Source: Piromyces finnis finn
Lineage: Eukaryota > Fungi > Neocallimastigomycota
Direction of reading: 5' to 3'
DNA: 64,000 nt
NCBI GenBank assembly: GCA_002104945.1
Contig: MCFH01000017.1
Span: forward strand, 496,001 to 560,000
Shown: in pieces, positions 1 to 13,005 of the stretch
Layout: each line of letters begins with the position of its first letter
Position numbering within the stretch: position 1 is the stretch's first letter
Notes under the pieces: model-generated
What the model was told of the DNA's origin: nothing
Databases searched by the model: none
What the model saw: the letters and a program-made list of their open reading frames with translations, nothing else
Position numbers and translations under genes: made by a program

Positions 1-1370
1 AATTCAGGTTCATTTCTTAATTCTTCTAATTTCACTAGTACTTCTTTTGTTATCTCTTTAAGTGATAATTCCCTATTAGAAAATATTCTTTCAGCTTTAC
101 ATTCTGATCCTTATTTTAATTCTATCAACAACACCGGAAGACTTAATCTCCCCAATTTCCCTTTCACTTTCAAGGATGGCATTCTTCTATACAATCTTAG
201 AATTTACATACTCGAAGTTCTTCATGTCGAAATTATTCAATCCCACCATAATTCCCCTTCTTCCGTTCATTTTGGTATTAGAAAAACTCTCGAACTTATT
301 AGTAGAAACTTTTGGTAGAAGAGGGAGATGTACGCAGATTTGTAAATTCATGCGATACATGTAATAGAAACAAAAACAGCAATCATAAACCATATGGATT
401 TCTTTAACCACTCTCAATACCTGAATAACAATGGTCGTCAATATCTCTTGATTTCATTACAAATCTACCAAAATCGAACAATTATTTCGCTATCCTAACA
501 GTGGTGGATAGATTATCGAAGATGGGACATTTCATTCCACTTAGAAAGCTTCCCTCAGCTGAAAAAACTGCGCAACTTATCTTGGATAATGTATTCAGAT
601 TACATTGTATTCCAAAGGAAACTATATCAGATCGCGGTAGATAATTTAATTTCAAATTCTTTCAACATTTTTGTAAGCTGCTACACTGTGAATCCAAACT
701 CTCAACTGCTCATCACCAACAGGCTGATGGACAAACAGAAAGACTTAATAGTATAATTGAACAGTATCTCAGGTGCTTCACAAACAGTAAACATTCTGAC
801 TAGAGTTCGTATATCTCACTTGCATAATTTGCCTATAACAATACTATTCAGGAATCCATTAAAATGTCACCTTTCAAGGCTTATTTAAAGTATGATCCAG
901 AATTTTTAATTGATTTTCCAATAACATCTTTAGCTCCAGAAGCGGAGAAAGTTGTATAGAAGTAACAAAGTATGGTTACTTTACCTCAAAGGAAAAACAA
1001 ACGTGAAGAAATTAGACCATAGAAATTCGGGACCATATGAAATTATTGAATGCTTGGAAAATCAAAATTTCAAGTTAAAACTATCCAAACAAGACCGAGA
1101 CACCTCATCTTCCATATATCCAATCTCGAGCCCTATATTAAGAATACCTTTGAAAACCAAGACATCCAAAAGCCACCTCCCATTTTAGTAAACAAAATAT
1201 TGGATTCTAGAATTAACAACGGAGTACTTCAGTATCTCGTTGATTGGAAAGGATATTCTGCTGAAGATCGTTCATGGGAAAACGTAGAAGACATACATGC
1301 CCTCGAGTTACTGAAAGCTTTCCACAAAAAGTTTCCAGGCAAACCACATTCAATGTCGTCTGGAATCTGA
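1..1370 (+). pseudogene. 3' end of a Ty3/Gypsy (chromovirus-type) pol: degraded integrase plus C-terminal chromodomain
   Basis: Interrupted rve-like motifs (LDFITNLP, ISDRG, TAHHQQADGQTERLN, SGPYEIIE). ORF 1050-1370 ends in ILDSRINNGVLQYLVDWKGYSAEDRSWE, a chromodomain signature. Many stops and frameshifts. Confidence 0.9.
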
Positions 1371-1374
1371 CATT

Positions 1375-1680
1375 AGAAGGAGGGCATTATAACGTATAAA
1401 GATTTTGTACCTTTTCCAAGAAATTGTATTTCGGGGTTCTCTAAGCTGGCTTCGCTGTCAGGTTGTTGGACGCTGACCTACTTGTCGTGTGGTCGACTCC
1501 GAGTTCTCTTATTGTGGATTAAATTCTTTTAATTAAATAATAAATACTGTTTTGGAATTTCAATCTTGACGATTTTCACATTTTTTGATTTCTTTTTATT
1601 TGGATAATTAAATTGAAAGTGTCCGTCCAGCCTTCCCACAAATAAATCAAACTCCTTTCTTCCTAGCTTCAGTGCATTGT
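1375..1680 (+). mobile_element. Polypurine tract and putative 3' LTR of the element at 1-1370
   Basis: AGAAGGAGGG directly after the pol stop, then about 300 bp of GC-richer non-coding sequence containing AATAAA. The right boundary is uncertain. Confidence 0.45.
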
Positions 1681-1779
1681 TTTATTTTCAGTATAATTAT
1701 TTCTATGAGTAATAATTATTAAATAATAATTTTGATATTTTAATAAAAAATTGTTTATAAAATTTATTATATATAAATT

Positions 1780-3000
1780 TTATGGAATAATTAAATTGTA
1801 AAGATATAATATATATCTTTAGATTATTTAATAATTAATTATTAATTATTAAATAATAAATTAATATTTAATAAAATTAATTATAAAATTTTTTTGAATA
1901 AATTTCATGGAATAATTTAATAATAAATTATTTTATAATAATTCCATTAAATTTAAATTAAGATAAATATTTAAATTTAAGGAATAAGAGAATTTTAATT
2001 AAATTTAATTACTTCAAATATTTTAAATAATTAAAATATTTTTTAAATACTTTTTATTTAAATTTAGAATAGCTTAATAATTTTAACTTAGTTTAAAAAT
2101 AAATTTGTTTATATTTAAATAGGAAATATATTAAGATTAGTATTGATAATATTAAATTAATTTATAGAAAATACATGAGTTTTATTCAATTTTGAGTTTA
2201 CTCAAATTGAATTAAAAGTATAATGAATTAGTTTAGTTTAGTTTTGTTATTTTATTATTTAATTAGATTAGTGTTGTTTATTTTATATTAAATATATGTT
2301 TATTTAAATAGCATAATATATTAGAATATAATTATGAAAAAATATAAATACATGTAATTTTTATTTGTTAAATCAATGTAATTGTTATTTTAAATTTTGA
2401 TAATTAATAAAAGTAAAAAATTGTGATAAAAAAGATTCTTTTATTTTTTTGTTTTCGTGTTTAGTTGTTTTATTGTTAAATATATAATATGTTTTAAGAT
2501 TAATAGTTTACATAAATAAAGATTAATTTTAAAATATCAAAGTTAGAAATGAAATTTGGATAAATATTTAAATTAATGGATAATTAAATTTAAATATTTT
2601 AAATATTCAAATTAAATCTTAAAAAGTTTAATAACTTTAGCGTAGTTTTAAATTAGCATTTTTTTAATAGTAAATATATAATAAATAGTATTATTAATAT
2701 TTAATTAATATATAGGTAATACATGGACTGTATTCAATTTGTAGTTTACTCAAATTGAATCAAAAGTGTATTTAATTAGTTTTAGTTTAATTTTATTATT
2801 TTATTATTTAATTAAATTAGTATTAAATTAGTTTTGTTTATTTTATATTGAATATATGTATAATTAAATAGAATAGTATATTAAAATATATTTTACAAAA
2901 AATATAAAACATGTAAAATTTCGTAATTTAAAACGATGTAATTGTTATTGACTATAATTTAGTCAATAACTAAATATTTTAAATAATATGTTTTCTTGTT
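1780..3000. repeat. AT-rich non-coding repeat family with an internal duplicated unit of about 550 bp
   Basis: The block tacatg..gagtttactcaaattgaat..ttagttt occurs at about 2170 and 2720. Related sequence lies at about 9300-9800 (same strand) and 24970-25260 (inverted). Confidence 0.7.
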
Positions 3001-3114
3001 TCTTTTCATTTATTTTGTGTTTTTGTTTTATTGTAAAAATTTTTTAATCTGTTTTAATTTTTTTATAAAACTTTTAAAGATAGTCTATATTACATAGATA
3101 AAAATGATTCTTAC

Positions 3115-5440
3115 ATGAAGATTGCAGATCTGTATTATGATGTAAATTTACCAGAATTTAAAAGGGAGGATTCAGATGAAGAAACTATAAAAGAAACACC
3201 AATGTTAATGACAGTAGCAATGTCTACTCAGAACGAAGGAAAAGAAGGAACGTTAGAAACAAAAGAAAATATTATTAATAATATTGTGAATAAAATACCA
3301 AAAGATATTAGAGATGTAGTAAGAAAGCTATTTGATAAATTTAATAATGTTATTGCTATTAAAACTGACGATCTGAGTAGAACAAAATTATTACCTCATC
3401 GTATCAAGTTGAAGCCTAACTCTATTCCTTTTTAAACAACGAACATATAGGCTATCAAAAGTGCAAGCTGATGCATTGAAAGTGGAGTTAACCAAGTTAA
3501 TTAATAACAAATTAATTGAACCATCACATTCATCTTGATCGTCGCCTGTAGTTTTGGTGCCTAAGAAGAATGAAAAATATAGAATGTGTGTAGATTATCG
3601 ACGCTTAAATGAATGTACAATAAAAGATTCTTACGCCCTACCATTAATTGATGATATACTGTACTACATAAGTAAGAAAGCTGTTTTAACTACTATGGAT
3701 TTATTTTCGAGTTACCACCAAGTTCCGATGTATCCTGAGGATGAAGATCTTACTTGTTTTATCACTATATATGGAAACCATAATTTTAAAGTAATGCCTT
3801 TCGGAGGGTTATGTAATGTCCCAGCTATCTTCCAGAAGGAAATGAACAGGATTTTCTTCGACCTTATTGGGAAGTGTGTCTTTATCTGTATTGATGATTT
3901 AATAGTCTTTTCTACAATGGAAGAACACATTATAGATTTATCAAGGGTATTTAAAATACTCAGAGAAAATGGATTAAGAATTAACATTGAGAAGTGCTAC
4001 TTCTTTCAAGAAGAAGTAGAATTGCTAGGACATTTATTATCTAAAGAAGGGATTAAACCAATTCCGAGGAAAATACAAGTAATAATGAACTGGCTACCAC
4101 CGAAAAATGTTTCTCAACTACGTTCATTTTTAGGGGCTGTAAGTTACTACCGAAAATTTATTGAAAATTTTGCACAATATGCTAAGTCGTTATTTAAATT
4201 ACTAAAGAAAGATGAAGAGTTTAAATGGAGTTCAGAGGCGAATAATGCATTCGAAGTCTTAAAATTAAAGTTAGCAAAAGCTCCAATACTAATGCCATCA
4301 GATTTTGACAAACCATTTAAGATTAGGATAGATGCATCACGGTGGAGTGATTTTACAAATTGATGAAGATGGAATGAAGAAACCGCCGCACTTTGTGAGT
4401 AGAACACTAAATAAATCAGAAGAAAACTATGGTGTAACAGATTTAGAAGGGACAGCTACAAACTATTGTACTAGGAAATTCAAGTATTATATCATAGGAA
4501 ATACGTTGGAAACTGAAATAATTATTGATCACAAACCGCTGGTAGGATTGATTAATAATAGCGAAACCAGGACTACCATTTTCAATAGTAGGTCTAGACC
4601 TAGTAGGCTCATTTCCAGTAACAAATGAAGGCAATAAATACATATTATTGTTCTTGTGGACTATTTAACTAAATGAGTAGAGGCTGAGGCTTTAAATAAT
4701 ATGGAATCCGACGATGTTATTGACTTTTTGAAGAGGGTATTTTCTCGCCATGGTATTCCAGAGATCCTAGTAACAGACAAAGGGCTTCAATTTCGATCTG
4801 ATAAGACGAAAGCATTCCTGGATTTACTTGATGTATACGTCCAATATGTATCGACATAATACCCCGCATTTAATGGAGAAGTGAAAAACAGAAATATGGA
4901 AATAGTTAAATATTTAAAACTATTAGGCAATGAAGAAGATGAATGGGATGAAACATTGCCTAGTGCATTATGAGCTGTGTAAAAATGAAATTACCAAGTT
5001 CAGTAGCTTTGAACTACTATATGGATGCAAAGATCTACAACCTTTTGAATTATCTTTGACCAAAGAAGACAGGAATAAGTATAAGAATAAAGAGGAGTAT
5101 TGGATACAAAAATTCATAAGGCACCACAAGTGGATACAGGAGGCTATTGATAATATTAAGACCGCAATTTATGGAGTGACAGGAGAAGACAAAGTAAACG
5201 AATGAGAGCCTAATATAAACCTGGGGATTTGGTATTAATCAAAGTATTTAATAAAAGGAAATTGGATCCGTATTTCACTGATCCCTTAAAAATCATAAAG
5301 AAAGAGTTTAATACCGTTACTGTTTGTGATCCTATTTCAGGGGAAATTGCGGACAGGAATATCCACTTGAAGAATATAATTCCATATTTTTCTGAATTGT
5401 AAGAAGATTCAAATTGGACTTCAAGGGATGTCTTGATACA
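3115..5440 (+). pseudogene. Ty3/Gypsy pol remnant (RT, RNase H, integrase core) with an internal deletion
   Basis: RT ORF 3554-4363 (MCVDYRRLN, CIDDLIV) and RNase H (IDAS, DHKPL) join directly to integrase core (VGLDLVG, RHGIPEILVTDKG). The HHCC region is missing. Multiple stops. Confidence 0.92.
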
Positions 5441-5831
5441 ACACAACAACACATTCAGAAAAATGTAAGAAATTCATATATTTGGTAAATGAAATAACCC
5501 ATACCAAGATATATATATAAATATTTTTATTTAATAAATTTATATAGCAATAGTAATGATATGAATAGTAAAATAAAATAAATTAATAACTTATAAATAA
5601 TTTTTAATTAAGTAAAATTAACTTTTTATAATTTAATATAATAATGATAAAAAAAAACCATTATTTAAAGAAGTGAAATACGCGTTTTATTAGTTTTAGT
5701 TAGTTAGCTTTTATTAGGAGATATTAGTTATATTATAAATAAAATAAATAAAGGTGATAATAATAGAAGAATAAATAATACTTATAATAAATTTTATAAT
5801 TAAAATAATAAAATAATAAATAATATAATAA

Positions 5832-6775
5832 TGTAAAGTCGACACAAAAAGAATAGATTAATCTATTCTACTACAATAACACCAAAAATAAAAAAATAAA
5901 AATAAAAATTGTTTTTAAAAACATCTTTTATAATAGAAATTTATTAATAACAATTACATCGATAAAATGATGAAAAATATCTTCTATTTATTTTTCCTAA
6001 ATACATTTATATTATATTATAACTATTTATTTCTTATATATTATTATTTAAAATTTACACTAAAATCTTAATTATTAATAAATATTTAAACTATAACTAT
6101 TTTTAGTAAATGTAACGAAATATTATAATAATAAACACACTCAAATATGTAATTGATATTTTTTTTTCTAATAATTTTATTTATTAAATTTATTATTATA
6201 ATACAACTAACTCGCTAGGTCAGTGTATTATCAAACTAAAGACAAAACAAAAAAACTAATTTTATTAATTGTTAATAAAAACACTAAAGAGCTATCTTAT
6301 CTTTCGTATTCTCTTTTATACATGAAAAAATATTTTTTTAATACAATTTGATAAGTGAACTAATTACTTAATGATTGGTTATAAAAAATATAATAATAAT
6401 TTTTTTATTAATCTAACCCTTATCACTAGATATACTTCTTTACAGTAAAATACAATTAGCAATTCAAATTATGTACTATTCAATTTGAATGTGTGCTCAT
6501 GTATTATTAATATATTAATCATTTAATAATTATATATAATATATCTATTTCTATTACTAAACAATACTAAAACTAGGGGTTTGAATTGAGAATTTTAATT
6601 TATTTGTTAAACATTAAAAATAAATTAATTTATTTTGTTTTAAGCTTTAATTATTAAGAAATAAATTATGTCCTATTTTCTTTTTTCCACAATATAATTC
6701 GCGTAACTTAAACAATAATATTTATGGCTTAAATTACATTAAAGATATCAATATGTGGCATTTAATATCTTTACA
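5832..6775 (+). mobile_element. Solo LTR family S1 copy (TGTAAAG...CTTTACA), interrupted by a nested solo LTR
   Basis: Homologous to 7814-8396 and 47951-48553. Flanks AATAA/ATTAA are a 5-bp TSD with one mismatch. Confidence 0.75.
6111..6444 (+). mobile_element. 334-bp solo LTR nested in the S1 LTR
   Basis: TG...CA termini with an exact 5-bp TSD, GTAAA. The site is empty in the other two S1 copies. Confidence 0.8.
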
Positions 6776-7140
6776 ATTAAAATAGTATAAAAAAATAACT
6801 ATTTATTTAGAATATAAATTTGTTATAATTATTATAGTGATCTATTAAAATAAAAAGGTACGTATATAAAAATTCTATACCATGTAAGAAATATTTGTGG
6901 CTATCACTTTTTTAGAGATATCCAGACAGGGTTAGAATAATATCAACAAAAACTTTTTTTAAAAAATAAAAATACTATATAATCCTGCTGAAATTGTAAA
7001 ATATATAAAATAAGATAATGATAATTTAATAGTTTTTTGTAGTAAAAATACATAAAACTATTAAATTAACAGCTTGCTATTCCAAAAATAACTAAAAATC
7101 AACACTTAAAAAAAATTTATTTTTATTTAGTTTTATTTTT

Positions 7141-7690
7141 TTAAAATTTAATATTTTATTGTTTTTATTATTTATTATTCTTTGAAAAATGGATTGTCCA
7201 TAAATTTATTCTTACATTGATTACTACAAATACAATTAGAATTTTTTCTGTTCATCCAATTTCTATCATTTTTATATCCGTCCTTTTCCATACTCTTTTA
7301 CAGCTACATAATAAGCTAAAACCTCGGCATCACATTTAGCTAGATTGTTTGTAAATAACAAGTCAAAGATACCGGAATAATTTTTTTATTTTTATTTACT
7401 TTTATTTTTATTTACTTTTATTTATTTACTTTTATTTTTTAAAATTTTTAATATTTATTATTGTTTTTATTATTTATTATTCTTTGAAAAATGGATTGTC
7501 CATAAATTTATTCTTACATTGATTACTACAAATACAATTAGAATTTTTTCTGTTCATCCAATTTCTATCATTTTTATATCCGTCCTTTTCCATACTCTTT
7601 TACAGCTACATAATAAGCTAAAACCTCGGCATCACATTTAGCTAGATTGTTTGTAAATAACAAGTCAAAAATACCGGAATAATTTTTTAA
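7141..7690. repeat. Tandem duplication of about 300 bp carrying a coding-like fragment on the minus strand
   Basis: About 7141-7385 is nearly identical to about 7440-7685. Confidence 0.85.
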
Positions 7691-7813
7691 ACATATATTA
7701 CCTAATTGATAAAAAAGGGTAGTATAATGTTTCTAATAAAATTATTTTTTATAGAAATTATTTATACAATAGGCAAGTATATCAATTGTTTATAAGTAAT
7801 TTTTTTTAAGAAG

Positions 7814-8396
7814 TGTAAAGCAAACACTGAAAAAATATATTAGGATATCTATTCTATTACAATAACACCAAAATTAAAAAATAAAATTGTTTTTTAAAAA
7901 TATCTTTTATAATAGAATTTTTAATAACAATTACATCGATAAAATGATGAAAAATATCTTTTATTTATATTTTTCCTAAATACATTTATATTATAACTAT
8001 TTATTTTTTATATATTATTTAAAATTTACACTAAAATCTTAATAAATATTTAAACTATAACTATTTTTAGTAAAATACAATTAGCAATTCAAATTAAGTA
8101 CTATTCAATTTGAATATGTGCTCATGTATTATTAATATATTAATCATTTAATAATTATATACAATATATCTATTTCTATTACAAAACAATACTAAAACTA
8201 GGAGTTTGGATTGTGAATTTTAATTTATTTGTTAAACATTAAAAATAAATTAATTTATTTTGTTTTATACTTTAATTATTAATAAATAAATTATGTCTCA
8301 TTTTCTTTTTCTGTAATATAATTTGTGTAACTTAAATAATATTTGTGGCTTAAGTTACATTAAAGATATCAAGCTGTGGCGTTTGATATCTTTACA
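7814..8396 (+). mobile_element. Solo LTR family S1 copy
   Basis: TGTAAAG...CTTTACA termini and homology to 47951-48553. No clean TSD (AGAAG/AAAAA). Confidence 0.7.
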
Positions 8397-10221
8397 AAAA
8401 ATTAGTTTTCTCAATATATTTCTTTATTTCATTATTATTACTATTACTATTGTTATTATCATTATCATAATTATTAGAATTTATATAATTTAAAATATTT
8501 TCAGGGCTTAATGATGTTTCAATATTAAGTGCTATTTTAAATATAAGATAATAAGCAATCATTAGAGTTAATTTTTTTGTATATTCAACATGATGGTCAA
8601 AATCAATACTAATTTCCTTTTCACTATTTAAAATAATATAATCAATTAATTCTGAACTTTAATTTTTCTGTTCCTTGTTTTCATTTAAATTATCATTACT
8701 TTTATTTATATCATTATTATTACTATTATTTATAATTCCATTAATATTATTATTTATATTATCATTTACATATTATTATCAATATTTATTACTAAAAATA
8801 TATTAGGAATTACATGTTATTCTATAATTAGTGGATGGATTTTCTTTTAATAAACATTCATGATATTGATATGAATTATACTTTACAAATTCTTCTATAT
8901 CTATATTCGTATATTTATTTTGAAGTCTAAATTCCAATTCCAAAGTCACATCATTCTAATTAAAACGAGGATGTCGTTTTATAATTTCAATTTGATTATA
9001 TATATATTATTTAATATATCTTTCAATAATTGTTGCTTGTTTAAATAAATACAATTACTTGATGGTAATTCCATTTTCTTAAACTAATAATATTTTATAA
9101 TAATAATTCAATAATTTCAATAATATATATTATCAATTAATTAGAGTTTTATAATATTTAAAATAATAAATATTATAAACAAAATTGAATATATAAATAT
9201 GTATATAAATTAATTATTAATGAAGTATTAAATAATTATTAAGATGTATATGTATAATATGTAAAATAAAAATATATAATATTTATGCTATAAATAAATA
9301 TAAATAAAAAGTAATTCATATGGATATTGTAAAGATATAAGATATATCTTTAAATTATTTAATAATTAATTAATAATTGTTAAATAAAAATCTTGATATT
9401 TTAATGGAAATTATATAAAATTTATTCAGTAAATTTTATGGAATAATTAAATAATAATTAATTTTAAATTATCAAGGTTAAGAAATGAAATTTGGATAAA
9501 TATTTAAATCAATAAATAATTAAATTTAAATATTTTAAATATTCAAATTAAATCTTAAAAGGTTTTTATTTAATTAAAATTAGTTTAATAACCTTAGCGT
9601 AGTTTTATTATTTTATTATTTATTTAAATTTGTATTAAATTAGTTTTGTTTATTTTATATTAAATATGTATAATTGAATGAAAAATATATATAATGAATG
9701 TAAATGAAAAAACATATAAATACATGTATTTTTTCCAAATTTTAAATAAACGTAGTTGTTATTGACTATTATATATTTAATAACCTTTAAAAAGAAATAT
9801 TAATTGAAATTTTTATTTATTAATTTTAGTGTTTAATTTTTTATATATTGTTTTATTGTAAAAATAATAATCTGTTTTAAATTTATTATTTTACAGATAT
9901 AGTTAAATTAATAAAATATTAAATATATTTTGATATATATTTATATATTAACTATTTATAAATATTTATAAATAATATATTATGTAATATTAGTATATCT
10001 AATTATAAATTATTTGATAAAATATTTCAATAAATATAATAATAATATAATATAATATATTAATAATATAATAAATATGTAAGTATTAATAATATTGTTT
10101 ATTTTTATATTATTGTAATATTTCAAAAATAAATTGAAAACAAAAATGAATTAAATAAATTTTCATTTTTATAACTATTCGAAGTTAATTGTAATATCTT
10201 ATTTGACCGTAACATAATTAA

Positions 10222-10240
10222 TGGTGGAGATATCGGGGAT
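10222..10240 (+). promoter_or_regulatory. Putative primer-binding site, tRNA-Ala type (TGGTGGAGATATCGGGGAT)
   Basis: Complementary to a typical eukaryotic tRNA-Ala 3' end (...ATCCCCG.ATCTCCA-CCA). It lies just after an LTR-like end (CCGTAACA, 10214) and upstream of a gag remnant. Confidence 0.6.
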
Positions 10241-10369
10241 AATAATAAAATATTGATATCATACTATATTTTTATAGTTATTTTATATTTATTTTTGTAT
10301 TATTATTTAATTAAAGAAGTGTTGAACTAGAATTGCGAAAGTTATATACTTCAAGACACAATTAAAATA

Positions 10370-10967
10370 ATTAGAGTATAAGATTAATATTGTTAATTGG
10401 TGCAAGTTTAACAAAAGATAAATGTTAGTATTGTTAATAAATACTCGTTGAAGATTACTTAGATTCTAGAGTCTAACTATAAAGTATGGGAAAATGTATG
10501 CAAGGAAAAAGAAGTTACTTTAGCAGAAGCATACAAGGGATAGACTAAATTTAAGAAATCTTCATAAGGCTAGCAGCTACGATTTGTCCATCTCTTCTAA
10601 CTCTGATAGAAGATATAAAAATAAATATGAAAGAAGAAAAAAAGATGGCTATGAAAGGAACAAGAAGCTAACAATATAGAATAATAGTAACGATAAGACA
10701 GATCCAATGAATGAGCTAATTAAGAAAATGAGAAATTTGACTATTAAAACTTGCTACTTTTGCAACGAGAGGGGACACTTCCAATATCATTGTCCTAAAT
10801 TGAATGCCATAGTAGAAGAAAAGAAACAAAAGGTCAGGAAAAGTCATTTAAATTAGTGGAAGAAGCACTCTTAGTAATCCAAAAATAGCTTTACTTAATA
10901 ACAGTTCAACTGATAATAATGAGTACTTTGAAAATTCAGAGTATTCTGATTTGTCGGAATACGAAGA
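10370..10967 (+). pseudogene. Degraded Gypsy gag C-terminus with CCHC zinc knuckle and start of pol
   Basis: CYFCNERGHFQYHC at about 10755-10795, followed by TTTAAAT-TAG. Confidence 0.8.
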
Positions 10968-11329
10968 CCTAAAAATGAACGTAATTGAGAAACGTTCTTT
11001 GATGGTAGCCAGTTCATTATTACTTGCATTTTCCCCGGAATTGGTTTAATCCCTTCTTTAGATAATAAATGTCCTAGCAATTCTACTTCTTCTTGAAAGA
11101 AGTAGCACTTCTCAATGTTAATTCTTAATCCATTTTCTCTGAGTATTTTAAATACCCTTGATAAATCTATAATGTGTTCTTCCATTGTAGAAAAAACTAT
11201 TAAATCATCAATACAGATAAAGACACACTTCCCAATAAGGTCGAAGAAAATCCTGTTCATTTCCTTCTAGAAGGAAGCTGGGATATTACATAACCCGAAT
11301 GGCATTAACCCATATATAGTGATAAAACA
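10968..11329 (-). pseudogene. Inverted RT fragment nearly identical to 3755-4134
   Basis: ORF 10895-11260 matches the RT at 3554-4363 almost residue for residue (MNRIFFDLIGKCVFICIDDLIV...). Confidence 0.9.
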
Positions 11330-11339
11330 TGTTGGAACT

Positions 11340-12987
11340 TCTTAAGGAACTTAGAGACATGCGAATTGGGAAGAAGGAAAGGGTTAGGGGTTAGGAAAAA
11401 GCTCAGGAAGAGAATATGAAAACGCGTGATAGTCAGTATGGTCATAAAGATCCTATAGATGATCTAACGCATAAAATGAAGAACTTAACGATTAAAGTAT
11501 GTTATTTCTGTAATGAAGAAGGACATTATCAGTACTATTGCCCTAAGTTGAATACGATAGTAGAGGAAAATAAGCAAAAACTGAGAAATAAACATTTAAA
11601 TTAGTTAATGGGAGAGGAAGCACTCCCAGGAAAACAAAAATAGCTTCACTTAAGTTTGACGCCCTTGAAGATCCCTATCCATATGAACTCTTTATGGGGG
11701 CTATGAAAAGAAAAGCTGATGAAGAGGAAGACAATGGGAATTCAAGTAAACGAAGAAATAAAAAAAATTATAGATAACCCACCTCGAATAGTCACTCCAA
11801 CTACAAGGAAACAACTTAAACGAGGGTTACGGAAAGATAGTCTAGAAGAAGATATCGAAATGATACAACCCACTATTGTAGAAGAAGAAAATAAACAAGA
11901 GGAAATTAGTACTGTGTCACCGAGAAAGGGGAATGAAAAAGGAAGAAACCTCCGAATAAGGTGAGAGAGAAATCCAGCGATGGTGGAAATGAAGAACAGG
12001 AAACCAACCTTCCTGAAGAATTAAGTAACGATATAGTTAATTCAGAACCTGAAGATGAAATAGAAGAAGTTTCTTCTTCAAGGGAAAGTCAAGAACAGAA
12101 AAAAAAACAAGAAACATTCAAATGTTGAGTGGTGTAGGAGAATATGATATTTTTGAAGATTTAAATAATACTAAATGTGATATTACGTATGGACAGCTAT
12201 TTAATGTGTGTCCAAAGGTAAGAAATCAGTTGTTACAAGGACTAAAGTTGACTAAACCGCAAGTCCTTAACAGGTGCAGTAAAGAAGGTATTAACTGATG
12301 ATTCGAAGTTAGTAGGTAATAAGATAGGAAGCGAGGTAGCAGAAGATGATATGGCAATGGTAAAGGCTACAGTAGATGGCGTTGAAGGAAGATTACTTAT
12401 TGACACGTGTAGTAATTTAAATATCATCAGTAAATAATTTTATGAAAAGTTATCAAAGGAGTACCCATTAGTTGGCGTTAGTAGTGGATATATTCAGCTG
12501 GTTACCGTGGATTATAAATACTCTGAGGGTGTAGTAGTGCGACTGCTGGTACAAGTGGGGAAATTAATGTTAGATGTAGATTCCGTATCAGAAAAGTAAG
12601 AGCCATTCTATGACATGTTAATTAATTACAAGACTCAAATGGATAACTTGTTATTTATAAATCCAAAGAGCAAATGTCTTTGCCAATTCAAAGAGAATGG
12701 AGAAATCAGGGAGATAGTACCTATCCGTAATGAGAAAGAAGAATAGTGTATAAACGTAGTTTTTAATAAGACGGATATGATTAAGAAAAGAATTAGTGAA
12801 AGAGGAACGATGGGAATTAACGAAAAATCTAGTTATAAAATAAATTATATTCAATTAGTTGAGAAAGAGAAAAGAGAAGGTTTAAATCGACGGCAATGTT
12901 ATAATACAGGACTGAATGAAAATGAAAATGTAAAATTTAAAAATATCGTTAAAGGTAACTCAACTATAAAGTAGCTTGAGTTTTAAC
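11340..12987 (+). pseudogene. Second Gypsy gag end, frameshift site, pol N-terminus and aspartic protease remnant; no RT or integrase
   Basis: CYFCNEEGHYQYYC, then TTTAAAT at 11595, ITYGQLFNVCPKVRNQL, and protease-like LLIDTCSNLNII at about 12395. Confidence 0.8.
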
Positions 12988-13005
12988 GAGGGGCATTCTG
13001 TTAAG
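12988..13005 (+). promoter_or_regulatory. PPT-like GAGGGGCATTC followed by an LTR start (TG at 12999)
   Basis: The same GGGGCATTC-TG junction occurs at the Gypsy 3' end near 26550. Confidence 0.6.

Noticed and set aside
8400-9100. Possible coding relic on the minus strand (IIKRHPRF...YHECLLKENP)
   Set aside because: Too degraded to assign to any family by eye.
11381-11395. GGGTTAGGGGTTAGG as a telomeric insert
   Set aside because: Only two imperfect units, lying within purine-rich gag-like coding sequence, with no junction evidence.
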